Position numbers and translations under genes: made by a program. From Somniosus microcephalus (Eukaryota), in the NCBI GenBank assembly GCA_052327205.1, contig CM126202.1, forward strand, positions 145,762,001 to 145,826,000: a stretch of DNA of 64,000 nucleotides, written 5' to 3'. Below are positions 63,055 through 64,000 of the stretch, piece by piece. The notes beneath the pieces were generated by a model. It was not told the DNA's origin. It did no database searches and worked only from the letters and a program-made list of their open reading frames with translations. Numbering within the stretch: the first letter of the stretch is position 1; each line of letters begins with the position of its first letter.

Positions 63055-64000
63055 AATTTGTGGCTTAAGCTTCAGGCATATCAAGCATTCCTTCATTTGT
63101 ATTAGATGAAGGCAAAGAAATAAGTATATGAAAGCCTGAAAGAGAAATACAAATGTTGAAGACATAAAATGTATTTAGGAGGCCTGGAGCCATGGCTTAC
63201 TCAGAAAATGTTGGATTTTGAGACTTTCTTTGGGCATTTTCTAGTATTTTCAAATCTACAATGAATATAGGCACTGTAATTTTTCATCCTAAATTTCACT
63301 GAATTTTATTGAAAACAACTCCTTTTGATAAGGAATTACTTTTCTTTATACATTAAAATTCATTTCACTTCCTCCCTTCTCTTCACTACCCTCTGCCCTC
63401 ATCAGCAGCCAGATTCACTTTTGAACAGAATCAGGACTTGGATAGGAGGTGCTGAGGGGAGAGGGGCCCAATCCATACTAATTTGCTTCCTCAACTATAG
63501 ATGTGAACTGGGCTTGAAAAGCTGATGTCTGTATCACACATAGACATGCTTGGCACTGTAAAATCTCTTCATTGTGTAAGTATACCCTACACTGGGAGCA
63601 AGTATATAACACTCATTGGGCAAGTGATCAGTTTGGAAAAATATTGCTTTTAAGAGAAAAGGGGAGAAAAATATGTGGGGGGAACAGACAAAAACATTAT
63701 TTATATGCCATTAATTCACTGCTGAAAAAACCTGAGAACCAATTATTGCGACACAGTAGCTGAAGATTGTGGCATTACTTGATTCTCATATATTTTCATG
63801 TCCTACATTACTGTCATCTATATTATCCTTTCATCTATGTCATACTTCCTTTATCAAGATCATTTTGCCTACCGCATGGACTTAAAAACACTGAAAATTG
63901 GAAGTATCTTTTTATAATTAACTGTAGATTATTTAATATAAAGAATAATGGAAACTGGCAGTGAGTTTAAGACATTAATTTAATCTTAGGCTTCTACTGA

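Overview
Eukaryotic, repeat-dominated DNA, most likely from a cartilaginous fish (HE1/V-type SINEs sharing a tail with a HER1-like CR1 LINE, a DeuSINE, L2 and Penelope elements). Bases 1-20930 are a 16-bp satellite (consensus AAAGGGCGAGTTCTAT, about 1300 monomers) with nested higher-order periods. The rest is a nest of transposons: two full-length Ty3/Gypsy LTR elements broken only by in-frame stops, a gag-only deletion derivative of one of them, a Penelope element with a minimal hammerhead ribozyme, CR1 and L2 LINEs, SINEs, a hAT MITE and at least ten non-autonomous DNA elements with short GG..AATT-type termini. No host gene exon could be supported. The two strongest leads are (i) a very compact Gypsy element with no tRNA primer-binding site, where that position is instead a perfect 13-nt complement of its own LTR poly(A) signal (candidate self-priming / poly(A) occlusion), and (ii) an unexplained ~850-bp non-coding rod-like fold-back at 40241-41097. 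All identifications were made by eye; family names need database confirmation.
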